From an uncultured Alphaproteobacteria bacterium (GTDB taxonomy: Bacteria; Pseudomonadota; Alphaproteobacteria; HIMB59): a stretch of DNA of 64,000 nucleotides. Positions 33,892 through 42,948 of the stretch are shown here, in pieces. How positions within the stretch are numbered: the stretch's first letter is position 1; each line of letters starts with the position of its first letter. A program made the translations under genes and the position numbers. The notes beneath the pieces were generated by a model. The model ran no database searches. It saw only the letters and a list, made by a program, of their open reading frames with translations, and was not told the origin of the DNA. Location: contig CACNEB010000007.1 in assembly GCA_902619375.1 (NCBI GenBank), forward strand, positions 2,118 through 66,117. Reading direction: 5' to 3'.

Positions 33892-34733
33892 CGATTTCTT
33901 ATAAAATAAATAAATATTAAAGATGTTAAGTACATTATGACGCTATAAGTAGCAGCAGGTATTATATATAGACCCCCACCAAAAACACTTGTGCCTACAA
34001 AAATTGCTAAAGTTCCGTTTTGAAGACCACACTCTATTGAAATAGCTTTTTGTTGTGAGGTTCCTGTTCCAAAGAACTTTGCCCAGTAAAAAGCAATTAT
34101 CATCATTAATATATTGAGAGAAAGGACTACCAACCCAGTTTGAGCAAAATACTCAATTAAATTTTCTCTCTCAGCTAAAATAGCTCCAATCAAAACTAAA
34201 ACAAATAAAGCAGTTGAAAGTATTCTAGCAAACTTCTCAATTCTCTTCGTTAAAAAGGACAAGCTAGCTCTGAAAGTCATTCCAATTAAAACAGGTAATG
34301 TCACAATCAAAAACATACTTATAGCTATTCCTGTAAGTGAGATTGAGCCTAGAGAGTTGTCAGAAATCAATACCATTGATATACCCAAAACAATAGGCAC
34401 AGAAATTACACTTAAAAGGCTCATTACTGCAGTTAAAGATATTGATAAAGCAACATCTCCTTTAGCAAAAGATGTAAGAATATTAGAAGTTACTCCACCT
34501 GGAGCAGCAGCGATTAATATTAAACCTATAGCTAATTCAGGTTGAAGTGGCCAAACCAAAACAATTATTAAAGCAACTATTGGAAGAAAAATTAATTGAC
34601 TAATTAAACCTATGATAAAATTTTTAGGTGCCTTCACTACTCTAGCAAAATCTGAAAACGTCAAACCCAAGCCTAAAGTGAACATAATAAAAGCTAAGGC
34701 TAATGGTAGAATTACATCAGTTATGAAATTCAT
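33888..34733 (-). CDS. Bile acid:sodium symporter family transporter
   Basis: PGGVTSN, GDVALS, IECGLQNG. Confidence 0.92.
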   Translation of the reverse strand: MNFITDVILPLALAFIMFTLGLGLTFSDFARVVKAPKNFIIGLISQLIFLPIVALIIVLVWPLQPELAIGLILIAAAPGGVTSNILTSFAKGDVALSISLTAVMSLLSVISVPIVLGISMVLISDNSLGSISLTGIAISMFLIVTLPVLIGMTFRASLSFLTKRIEKFARILSTALFVLVLIGAILAERENLIEYFAQTGLVVLSLNILMMIIAFYWAKFFGTGTSQQKAISIECGLQNGTLAIFVGTSVFGGGLYIIPAATYSVIMYLTSLIFIYFIRNR

Positions 34734-34762
34734 AGTTAGATATTAACAAAAACTCAAAATAA

Positions 34763-35707
34763 TCATATCTCATAACCAAGTTGTTTTTCCTCTAAGTCTA
34801 ACAATTCTTCAGGATATCCCTCAGCTCTAAATGCAGTATTATATTTATTTTCAAGCCTTTTTACGACCATTGAGGACCATGCACGATCACCAAAAGTCTT
34901 TTTTGCATCTTTAATAATATCAAGAACCAAAGGTGAAATTTCCAATTCGACCCCAAGTTTTGAGGCGAGATCCTGAAAAAGACCAACATCTTTCTCAACT
35001 AAGTCCATTGTAAAATTTATATTATATGAACCATTCAATATTACTTGACTTTCAGTTTCATGGACAAATGAGTTACCTGAAGAAGCTGCAATTCCTTTAA
35101 ATGTTTTGTTCAAATCAAGATTTGATTTACTCGCAATAGTCCAAGCTTCTCCCAATGCAACTAAGTGAACAGTAGCTAAATAATTTGTAATAACTTTAAG
35201 AATAGATGCACTTCCAAAGTCTCCAGTATACAAAATTTTTCTACCAAGACATTTTAATACTGGCATTGCTTTATCAAATCCCTCTCTACTTCCTCCAACA
35301 AAAATAGAAATGTTACCAGTTGCTGCCCTATGACAACCCCCACTTACAGGAGCTTCTAAAGCTATTGCATTTTTCTGCTGAATTAATGAGGCATGTTTTT
35401 TTAGTTGTTCATCTTCAGTTGTGCTCATCTCAATCCAAATTTGATCTTTTTGTATAGTATCAATAATACCATCTTTGGACTCTAAAACTTCTGCACATAT
35501 CTTGGGAGAGGGAAGACAAGTTATTAAAATATCAGAATTCATCACAAGATCTTTTATTGATTTAGCTGTCTTAGCACCTTTTAAATTAAACTCCTCCATT
35601 AATATGTGATTTTTATCTAAAACTGATATTTGAAAATTATTTTCAAGAAGATTATTTGCTAGTTTTCCACCCACATTACCAAGTCCAACAAAACCTATTT
35701 TCATCAC
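34763..35707 (-). CDS. 3-hydroxyisobutyrate dehydrogenase-family oxidoreductase
   Basis: IGFVGLGNVG, EAPVSGG, catalytic K in LKVITNY. Confidence 0.88.
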   Translation of the reverse strand: MMKIGFVGLGNVGGKLANNLLENNFQISVLDKNHILMEEFNLKGAKTAKSIKDLVMNSDILITCLPSPKICAEVLESKDGIIDTIQKDQIWIEMSTTEDEQLKKHASLIQQKNAIALEAPVSGGCHRAATGNISIFVGGSREGFDKAMPVLKCLGRKILYTGDFGSASILKVITNYLATVHLVALGEAWTIASKSNLDLNKTFKGIAASSGNSFVHETESQVILNGSYNINFTMDLVEKDVGLFQDLASKLGVELEISPLVLDIIKDAKKTFGDRAWSSMVVKRLENKYNTAFRAEGYPEELLDLEEKQLGYEI

Positions 35708-35783
35708 TACCCCCTTTGTTTAATAAAATACTATTACTTTATTTTTCAATGTTAATATTAAATAATTCTTATAAAATTAAATA

Positions 35784-36251
35784 ATGTCAATTTACCTTAG
35801 AACAGAAAAAATTATTTCAGATTGGACAGACTATAATGGTCATATGAATTTAGCATTTTATATCCACTTATTCGATCAAGGATGGGATGTGTTGCTTGAT
35901 AGATTTCAAATGGGAGGAGAGTCAGCTAAAAATGAGAAAAAATCAACATTTGCTGTTGAATCCCACACTAAATATATTCAAGAGGTTAAAGAGGGAGATG
36001 AAGTTGATATAAACTTACTATTCTTAGACCGTGATAAAAAAAGATTTGTATATCAATTGGAAATTGTAAGTAAAAGAGGGAATTTTAGAGCAGCTACATC
36101 TGAAGTTTGCTCTCTTTATGTTGACTTAAGTATCCGCAAAGTTATTGAAATGGAAGACCATAAATTAAAGTTAGTAGATGATTTCATAGCTGAAAATAAA
36201 AATCAATTTTCACCAATAGAATTTTATCTTTTAGATAAATTAAAAAAGTAA
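35784..36251 (+). CDS. Hot-dog fold acyl-CoA thioesterase
   Basis: WTDYNGHMN.A.Y...FD. Confidence 0.85.
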   Translation: MSIYLRTEKIISDWTDYNGHMNLAFYIHLFDQGWDVLLDRFQMGGESAKNEKKSTFAVESHTKYIQEVKEGDEVDINLLFLDRDKKRFVYQLEIVSKRGNFRAATSEVCSLYVDLSIRKVIEMEDHKLKLVDDFIAENKNQFSPIEFYLLDKLKK

Positions 36252-37469
36252 ATGAAAGTTGCTATCATTGGGTCGGGCATTGTTGGTCTCACAATTGCAT
36301 ATACCTTAAGTAAAGAAAATATCGACATAACTATTTTTGAGAAAGAGAGAGACTCACTATCACATGGAACTGGAAGAAATAGCGGTGTTATTCACTCTGG
36401 AATCTACTATCAACCTAAAACTTTAAGGTCAACTCTATGCATCAGAGGTTCAAAGTTAATGAAAAAATTTATTAGTGAGAACAATCTTTATATCAATAAT
36501 TGTGGAAAGTTATTACTTCCAAAAACAAAAAAAGATATCGAAACACTTAATTTATTGTATGAGAGATCGAAGGAGGTAGGAGTCGAAACAATCAAGTTAA
36601 ATAGTTTCGATGAGATTTTAAAAATAGAGCCAAACTGCAATCCCTTATTTAATGATGCTCTTTTTATTAAAGAAACAGCCATAGCTGATCCAAAAGAGGT
36701 ATCAAACAAATTGATTGAAATTTTAAAAAAAAGAGGCGTGATAATTAAATACGATACAAAAGTGGACTCAATTTCATCTAACAATACAATTATTATATCA
36801 AATAATAAAATTCATAATTTCGATCTTATTATTAACTCTGCAGGTTTACACGCAGACTATCTGGCAAATAAATCAAATTTAAAAACTAGATACACATCTT
36901 TACCTTTTAAAGGTAAATATTGGAAAATTAGTTTTGGAGATAAAAATGAAATTCCAAATAGATTAATTTATCCAGTGCCAAATTTAGACCAACCTTTTTT
37001 AGGAGTCCATACTGTATACGATAAAGATGGAAACTTCTATTTAGGCCCAAGTAGCACTCCTGTATTTGGAAGAGAAGCCTATAGGCCTTTTAGAAAATTT
37101 AATTTTTTAGAGTTTTGTGCCTTAAGTTATAAATTCATTTTGAAAATAATTTTTAATGAGAATAACCTTAGAAATTTAGCTATTAGTGAGTTTAAAAATT
37201 TATTTTTGTCTAGTGTCATGAAATCGTCTAATGCTTACTTCAGGCATAAACCAGTAAAAATTGAATTGAGTAGTAAAGTGGGGATTAGATCTCAAATGTT
37301 TGATAAAAATAGTAAAAAACTATTTAATGATTTTGTAGTTATTAAGCAAAATAACATTATACATATTCTTAATGCTATATCTCCGGCATGGACATCTTCT
37401 TTTGCTATGGCCGAATTTATATGTGAAAAATATACTATAAAAAATAGGAATAATAATGAAAGCGCCTAA
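36252..37469 (+). CDS. lhgO: L-2-hydroxyglutarate oxidase-like FAD oxidoreductase
   Basis: GSGIVG, NSGVIHSGIYY, IYPVP..PFLGVH, NAISPAWT. Confidence 0.85.
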   Translation: MKVAIIGSGIVGLTIAYTLSKENIDITIFEKERDSLSHGTGRNSGVIHSGIYYQPKTLRSTLCIRGSKLMKKFISENNLYINNCGKLLLPKTKKDIETLNLLYERSKEVGVETIKLNSFDEILKIEPNCNPLFNDALFIKETAIADPKEVSNKLIEILKKRGVIIKYDTKVDSISSNNTIIISNNKIHNFDLIINSAGLHADYLANKSNLKTRYTSLPFKGKYWKISFGDKNEIPNRLIYPVPNLDQPFLGVHTVYDKDGNFYLGPSSTPVFGREAYRPFRKFNFLEFCALSYKFILKIIFNENNLRNLAISEFKNLFLSSVMKSSNAYFRHKPVKIELSSKVGIRSQMFDKNSKKLFNDFVVIKQNNIIHILNAISPAWTSSFAMAEFICEKYTIKNRNNNESA

Positions 37470-37899
37470 TTTTAAGTTGCCAAGCACTTCTGGAATATTT
37501 CAACTAAGTGATTATTTAGGGAAAAACATAATTTTGTATTTTTACCCGAGAGACAATACAAAAGGATGTACTTTAGAGGCAATTGATTTCAATAGTTCTC
37601 TTAAAACTATAAATAAATATAATTGCATTGTAGTAGGTGTTTCAAAAGACTCAATTGAAAGTCATCAAAAATTTAAAAAAAAAAATAAATTAAATTTTGA
37701 TTTGTTATTTGATGAAAAAATAAAAGTCTTAAAAAAATACAAAGCTTGGGGACTTAAGAAATTTTTAGGCAAAGAATATTATGGTATAATTAGAACTACA
37801 GTATTAATTAATGAAAAAGGCAAAATTGTAAAAATCTGGAGTAATGTCAGAGTAAAAGATCATGTAAAAAATGTAATTAACGAACTATCTAATATTTAA
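37456..37899 (+). CDS. bcp: Peroxiredoxin BCP
   Basis: LYFYPRDNT.GCT.EA. Confidence 0.92.
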   Translation: MKAPNFKLPSTSGIFQLSDYLGKNIILYFYPRDNTKGCTLEAIDFNSSLKTINKYNCIVVGVSKDSIESHQKFKKKNKLNFDLLFDEKIKVLKKYKAWGLKKFLGKEYYGIIRTTVLINEKGKIVKIWSNVRVKDHVKNVINELSNI

Positions 37900-37962
37900 T
37901 TTAATCCAAAACACTTATTCACAAATTATAAACAGAAAAATTTATTTTTTTATCTTTTGTTA

Positions 37963-37991
37963 TTGTATAAAAATATAATTTATTTTAACAT
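37963..37991 (+). promoter_or_regulatory. Putative sigma70 promoter of the candidate sRNA
   Basis: TTGTAT-N17-TAACAT; AT-rich context makes chance matches likely. Confidence 0.4.
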
Positions 37992-37997
37992 TAAAAA

Positions 37998-38112
37998 TGT
38001 AGAGGGTAGGAAACTTCCCAAAACAAAGAAAAGAGCCAAAGTAGTAGAGGCATAGAGAAGGGAAACCGGAACTAAGTCGAGACAACTGAGGCTCTTTTCT
38101 GCTTTTAACCCC
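37998..38112 (+). ncRNA. Candidate structured small RNA, family unknown
   Basis: GC-enriched intergenic block; GGGTAG-GAAA-CTTCCC hairpin; perfect 11-bp AGAAAAGAGCC/GGCTCTTTTCT stem. Confidence 0.5.
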
Positions 38113-38158
38113 AGATTTAATTATTGAATTCGTTAGATTAAAAAGTTTATCATTACAT

Positions 38159-38602
38159 GTGAAAAAAATTTTCAAATACACTTTTATTTTTATTATTGGT
38201 TTTAATTTAAAGCTATTTTCTGGTCCGTTTACAGATGAGTTTGCTAAGTGCATTGTGATGAAAACAACAACTCAAGAAAAAACTGATTTAGTAAGATGGA
38301 TTTATGTGACAATGTCATTTCACCCCCAACTTATGGATTTGTCTAATCTAACAGCTGATGATGTTGAAATGGTGAATATAAGAGTAGCTGACTACATGAC
38401 CAATGTCTTAGCTTATAAGTGCAATGAAGAGTTAAATATGGCTATAGATTACGAGGGTGAAGAGAGTGTTTATTATGCATTTGAACTCTTGGGAGAAATA
38501 GCAATGTCAGAGTTAATGGAAGATCAAGGGGTTAGTGCGGCAAGTGAACTATTTATTGATTATATAGATGTTTCAATTTTTGAGGAAATATTGAACTATT
38601 AA
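38159..38602 (+). CDS. Hypothetical exported acidic protein
   Basis: Signal-peptide-like N-terminus; TTGAAT-N18-TATCAT immediately upstream (possibly leaderless). Confidence 0.7.
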   Translation: MKKIFKYTFIFIIGFNLKLFSGPFTDEFAKCIVMKTTTQEKTDLVRWIYVTMSFHPQLMDLSNLTADDVEMVNIRVADYMTNVLAYKCNEELNMAIDYEGEESVYYAFELLGEIAMSELMEDQGVSAASELFIDYIDVSIFEEILNY

Positions 38603-38728
38603 ACTTATCAGTATTTATATAAATACGTTAATGCTGATAGCTATCTAATTAAACTTCCAATACCATATTACAAATCATAGGTAATACTTTATTTTGTTAA
38701 GATAATTGAAAAGTATAATAATTAATTA

Positions 38729-40801
38729 ATGAAAAATAAACCATCTAAAGAACAAGTAGATAATTTAATATACTTACTTAAACAAAAATCTTTTGATCTT
38801 TTAGTATCAAAAACAGCAGATTTAATAAATCAATTCCCTGACTCAATCTTATTACTAAATCTTAGTGGTATAGCAAATGCAAATTTAAAGAATTACAAAA
38901 AATCTATAGAATGTTTCGAGAAAATATTGTCCATAGATAACAACTCGACAGATGCATATTATAATTTAGGTAATTTAAAACAAAAAACTGGTGATATGGA
39001 GTCAGCTAAGTTTTTTTTTAATAAGACAATTGAATTAAATAAAAATTTTTATCAAGCATACAATAATTTAGGAATAATATACAAATTCGAAAAAAATTTT
39101 AAACAAGCAACATACTTTTTTAAATGCGCACATAATATAAATCAAAAACATTACCAATCATTAATAAATTTAGGTTTATTATCACAACTTCAAAATAATA
39201 ATTTAGAAGCTATTAATTATTTTGTTCAATCATATATGATAAAATCAAATAAATTTTCTTTAATCTATTTAGGAAATTCTCTTGCGCAATATAGATTTAT
39301 CGAACGTAGACCTGATCTTTATCAAATTATTTATGATTTAATAACTACAAATAATCTTGTTTCTCCAACTAATATTATTAAATCAGTAATTAGCCTTATT
39401 GTTAAAGAGGATGAAATTAACAAAATTCTTAACACAAATAAAAATTTAACTTCGGTCGATGATTTTAACCATATCATTAATGAAATTTCAAAGTATCCTT
39501 TTTTTATAGAAATTATAAAGTTATGTCCTTTAACAGATTTAAAATTTGAAAAACTATTTATAAAAATTAGATACTATTTATTATTAAATATTTCAAAGAT
39601 TAAACTTTCTGAGCAGACTCAAAAATTTCTTTATGCATTGGCATTGCAGTGTTTTGTCAACGAATTTGTCTACAATGAGACTGAAATAGAAACTGAAAAA
39701 ATAAAAGAATACGAGGAATTAATAAATAAAAATCTCTCTTTACAAATTCAACCAAATACCATTACATTGCTTTGTTTTTGTTTATATAGAAATTTAAATA
39801 ATTACAAGTGGTCTGCCAAATTAAAATTCTCAGACAATTTAATTTATTTAAAAAAAACATTAATCGTTGATGATATTATCGAAAAAGAAAATATATCAAA
39901 TATCGAAAAATTTAAAAAAGTTACTGACCACATATCTCTAAAAGTACAAAATCAGTATGAAGAAAATCCTTATCCTAGATGGATTAAAATGAGAACTGAG
40001 TTCGATGATTTATCAATCAAAGATTTAATAGAAAATAATGAATTAAAAATTATTAAATCCGATATTAGAGAGGTATTTGAGCCAGATATTTTGATTGCTG
40101 GGTGTGGTACTGGACAACATGCTATATACACAGCACTAAATTATAAAAATTCAAACGTTTTAGCACTAGATTTAAGTCTTTCAAGTCTAGCTTATGCTAA
40201 AAGAAAAGTTGATGAGTATGAAATCAAAAATATAAATTTTATTCATTCTGATCTCTCAGATGTTAAAAACTTTAATAAAAAATTTGACATAATTGAGAGC
40301 GTTGGTGTTTTGCATCATATGAACAATCCCTATGAAGGTATGAGATGTTTAGTGGATGTTTTAAAAGATTTTGGCCTAATTAACTTAGGCCTTTATAGTA
40401 AGTATGCCAGGAAACACATATCTAAAATAAGGCAAGATATACAATCAAAAAAAATCGTTCCATCAAACATTGAGATAAAAAAGTATAGAAACTATATTTT
40501 TAATTCTAATAATAATGAAAATATAATGATCAAAAATTCAAAGGATTTTTACACTACAAGTTCAGCTAGAGACTTATTATTTCACGTTCAGGAGCATCAA
40601 TTCGATTTAATAGAAATAAAAAATTATTTAAAAAAATTAAATTTATTTTTTTGTGGATTTGATAATTCAAATTTAAAAACAAAGTTTAAATCAATCTATA
40701 ATTTCGATGATATATACGATTTAGAAAAATGGGATGAATTTGAAAGGAAAAATCCAAATTCTTTTGATGGGATGTATCAGTTTTATTGCCAAAAGATATA
40801 A
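38729..40801 (+). CDS. TPR-repeat class I SAM methyltransferase
   Basis: TPR repeats (AYYNLG, AYNNLG); QYEENPYPRW; ILIAGCGTG; GVLHH. Confidence 0.88.
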   Translation: MKNKPSKEQVDNLIYLLKQKSFDLLVSKTADLINQFPDSILLLNLSGIANANLKNYKKSIECFEKILSIDNNSTDAYYNLGNLKQKTGDMESAKFFFNKTIELNKNFYQAYNNLGIIYKFEKNFKQATYFFKCAHNINQKHYQSLINLGLLSQLQNNNLEAINYFVQSYMIKSNKFSLIYLGNSLAQYRFIERRPDLYQIIYDLITTNNLVSPTNIIKSVISLIVKEDEINKILNTNKNLTSVDDFNHIINEISKYPFFIEIIKLCPLTDLKFEKLFIKIRYYLLLNISKIKLSEQTQKFLYALALQCFVNEFVYNETEIETEKIKEYEELINKNLSLQIQPNTITLLCFCLYRNLNNYKWSAKLKFSDNLIYLKKTLIVDDIIEKENISNIEKFKKVTDHISLKVQNQYEENPYPRWIKMRTEFDDLSIKDLIENNELKIIKSDIREVFEPDILIAGCGTGQHAIYTALNYKNSNVLALDLSLSSLAYAKRKVDEYEIKNINFIHSDLSDVKNFNKKFDIIESVGVLHHMNNPYEGMRCLVDVLKDFGLINLGLYSKYARKHISKIRQDIQSKKIVPSNIEIKKYRNYIFNSNNNENIMIKNSKDFYTTSSARDLLFHVQEHQFDLIEIKNYLKKLNLFFCGFDNSNLKTKFKSIYNFDDIYDLEKWDEFERKNPNSFDGMYQFYCQKI

Positions 40802-40836
40802 TCCTCTTATGTTTTTTATTTTGGAGACTGCAATAA

Positions 40837-40888
40837 TGGTGCCACTGAGAAGAATTGAACTTCCAACCCCACCCTTACCAAGGGTGTG
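40837..40888 (-). repeat. Direct-repeat copy of the tRNA-Thr 3' end (att-like)
   Basis: 49/52 identical to 41763-41814, same orientation. Confidence 0.93.
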
Positions 40889-40960
40889 AATTCTCCACAC
40901 TTCTCTACTTCCTTAGCTTTTTCAGCGATAATATACACCGAATTTCCCTTTAACAGAAAG

Positions 40961-40984
40961 TTTGTGTATCAATTTGTGTATCAA
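40961..40984. repeat. Tandem TTTGTGTATCAA x2 (arm-type site candidate); third copy TTTGTGTTTCAA at 41708-41719
   Basis: Read directly from sequence. Confidence 0.8.
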
Positions 40985-41006
40985 TTTTTTTTTGATATTT
41001 TTAACT

Positions 41007-41690
41007 ATGAAAAATTTATTAACTATTATTTTTATCATTATCCCATTTATCGTTTTAGGCAATAGCGATTTAGAAAAAATTAATAGCCTATATAATAAAG
41101 CTGTTTTAGATGAAGTCAGTTATATCAAGTCAATTAACGATCTAGGCATAAATACATTGAGTAATGAATTCTCAGATGTTTTAGAACTATTTAAAAAGGG
41201 AAGTATAGATTTTAATACATTTAATGATGCAATTTTGAATCTAAATAAATCACAATCAATTAAACAAAGTAATTCAAATTTAAGAACTTTCAAATTTGGT
41301 GAATGTAGGGGCAGCAGTTTGCTCTGTAACGAGTTATTCAAACTTTCTGAGGAAGACCTTATGACCGAAATATCCACTGATGATTTTGATAGTTGCGAGG
41401 AAGCCATAAGCTCATTCAATGAACAAGAGGATATCTTTGATGATGCTACTGAAAAACAAGGATGGAAAGAAATAAATAGAAAGCTTTTCATAAAAAATAA
41501 TAATTTTTCAGTAGTTATAAATTTCTTATATTTTATTCCTCAGTATGGACGCAATGTGGATGTGAAAATGTTTATTAAAGGTGATTTAGGAACAGAGGAA
41601 AATGCTTGTAAGGATTTCTCACTTTTTAACCTCGGATTAGATGTAATGGGTAGAAATATAGGTACTATTGAATTAGAAGAGGTTTTTTAA
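41007..41690 (+). CDS. Hypothetical exported protein (cassette cargo)
   Basis: ATG 41007 gives signal-peptide-like MKNLLTIIFIIIPFIVLG; the upstream track extension translates the tandem repeat. Confidence 0.7.
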   Translation: MKNLLTIIFIIIPFIVLGNSDLEKINSLYNKAVLDEVSYIKSINDLGINTLSNEFSDVLELFKKGSIDFNTFNDAILNLNKSQSIKQSNSNLRTFKFGECRGSSLLCNELFKLSEEDLMTEISTDDFDSCEEAISSFNEQEDIFDDATEKQGWKEINRKLFIKNNNFSVVINFLYFIPQYGRNVDVKMFIKGDLGTEENACKDFSLFNLGLDVMGRNIGTIELEEVF

Positions 41691-41762
41691 TTCTTTAATT
41701 CCAACAATTTGTGTTTCAATTGAAGCAAGTAAGAGTAGGTGGTTAAAATTAACCTTAGTATA

Positions 41763-41837
41763 TGGTGCCGCCGAGAAGAATTGAACTTCCGACCCCACCC
41801 TTACCAAGGGTGTGCTCTACCACTGAGCTACGGCGGC
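41763..41837 (-). tRNA. tRNA-Thr(GGT)
   Basis: GCCGCCGTAGCTCAGTGGTAGAGCACACCCTTGGTAAGGGTGGGGTCGGAAGTTCAATTCTTCTCGGCGGCACCA; cloverleaf, encoded CCA. Confidence 0.97.
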
Positions 41838-41857
41838 GTTTTTAAAATTATAGACTA

Positions 41858-42043
41858 TTAATACATATTAAAAAACATTAACAAAAGACAACCAGCTGTA
41901 AGGTATTTAGAGATTTCATAAATAAATTTCCATTTATTATTATTTTGACTTACGCGCCATGTAGCGAATGTAATTGCCAAAAAAACAAATGATACAAACC
42001 ACATTAAATTAGGGTTTTTTGTTAATTCAATAATAACTAACAT
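41858..42043 (-). CDS. Small 2-TM hypothetical protein
   Basis: ORF track; hydrophobic; tandem with neighbours. Confidence 0.55.
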   Translation of the reverse strand: MLVIIELTKNPNLMWFVSFVFLAITFATWRVSQNNNKWKFIYEISKYLTAGCLLLMFFNMY

Positions 42044-42045
42044 GA

Positions 42046-42234
42046 TTAATTCACAAGGTAAAACTTATCTACCAGATAGTTTATTAACAAGACTAATCCA
42101 ATCATAAATATCCAATATAGTTTTTTGTTGTTTCTAATAAAAGGTATCCCGATAGCACTGTATCTAAATAATTTATGAAGTCCCCAAATAACTAAGGGGA
42201 TCAAAAATAACCAAAAAATAATTTCCCAAATCAT
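42046..42234 (-). CDS. Small 2-TM hypothetical protein
   Basis: ORF track; hydrophobic. Confidence 0.55.
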   Translation of the reverse strand: MIWEIIFWLFLIPLVIWGLHKLFRYSAIGIPFIRNNKKLYWIFMIGLVLLINYLVDKFYLVN

Positions 42235-42247
42235 TTTCTAACTTTAA

Positions 42248-42859
42248 TTATTTCTTTTTTAATAAAACTATCCTAATTTTAATATCAAAACCAAAATCTT
42301 TATTTTTTGGAAGGTAATTTAAAGGTCTTGATATATAAATTGAGTCAAAATCAGTTAATTTTTCTAAAACATTATCAAATTTTAATTCTTTCCATAAATC
42401 TACTCTTTGTGTAAATTTAAAATAACCATTTTTTACAAGATAATAAGAAACCAGTTTAAAAAGTGACTGGTGATTTTTACAATATGTCATTGCATCAATA
42501 AGACTTACCACACTGTACTTATTTACTATTTTAATTTTATTCTCAAAACTTTTCTTATAAAGATATCTATATTTTCCATTTCTTTTAGAAATATCTAATA
42601 TATTCCTAGAAATATCTGATCCATCACAAATACAGTCAGGGTAAATTTGTAAAAATTTATCAACAAAAAGCCCTGTGCCACATGCTAAATCTTAAATAAA
42701 TTTTGGTTTTGTTTTGATATATTTCTTTAAAATTTTAATTGATTGCAATGGAGCTTTGTAGTTCCATTTATACAATGTCTCATCATATGAACTAGACCAG
42801 TTATCATAATATTTCTCTATATCTTTTTTGTTACCAATACCTTTAAGAAGAGATTTCAT
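42248..42859 (-). pseudogene. Class I SAM methyltransferase with in-frame TAA
   Basis: MKSLLKG...YYDNWSSSYDE..WNYKAP...KFI*DLACGTG; stop at 42692-42694; frame continues into track ORF 42248-42511. Confidence 0.85.
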
Positions 42860-42948
42860 TTAAATTTTAAAACTCACTAATTTATTACCATTTATCAATT
42901 AATCTTCATCTTATTGTAATTTTTGTAAAATGATGATATTTAAATTTT

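Larger units (their letters stand above)
40837..41814. mobile_element. Integrase-less one-gene cassette at tRNA-Thr
   Basis: Flanking direct repeats plus internal TTTGTGTWTCAA motifs at both ends. Confidence 0.7.

Noticed and set aside
37960-38253. 97-aa minus-strand ORF over the sRNA candidate; also retron, SRP or 6S readings of that RNA
   Set aside because: ORF overlaps the 38159 gene and has no motif; no reverse transcriptase in the window; SRP CAGG/AGCA loop and 6S symmetric bubble are absent
40837-40888. Second functional tRNA-Thr
   Set aside because: Lacks the D-arm and 5' acceptor strand; it is a fragment
40962-41006. MCINLCIN N-terminus of the track ORF
   Set aside because: It is the translation of the tandem DNA repeat; ATG 41007 gives a proper signal peptide
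42692-42694. Recoding (selenocysteine or pyrrolysine) of the methyltransferase stop
   Set aside because: The codon is TAA, at a position where a hydrophobic residue is expected
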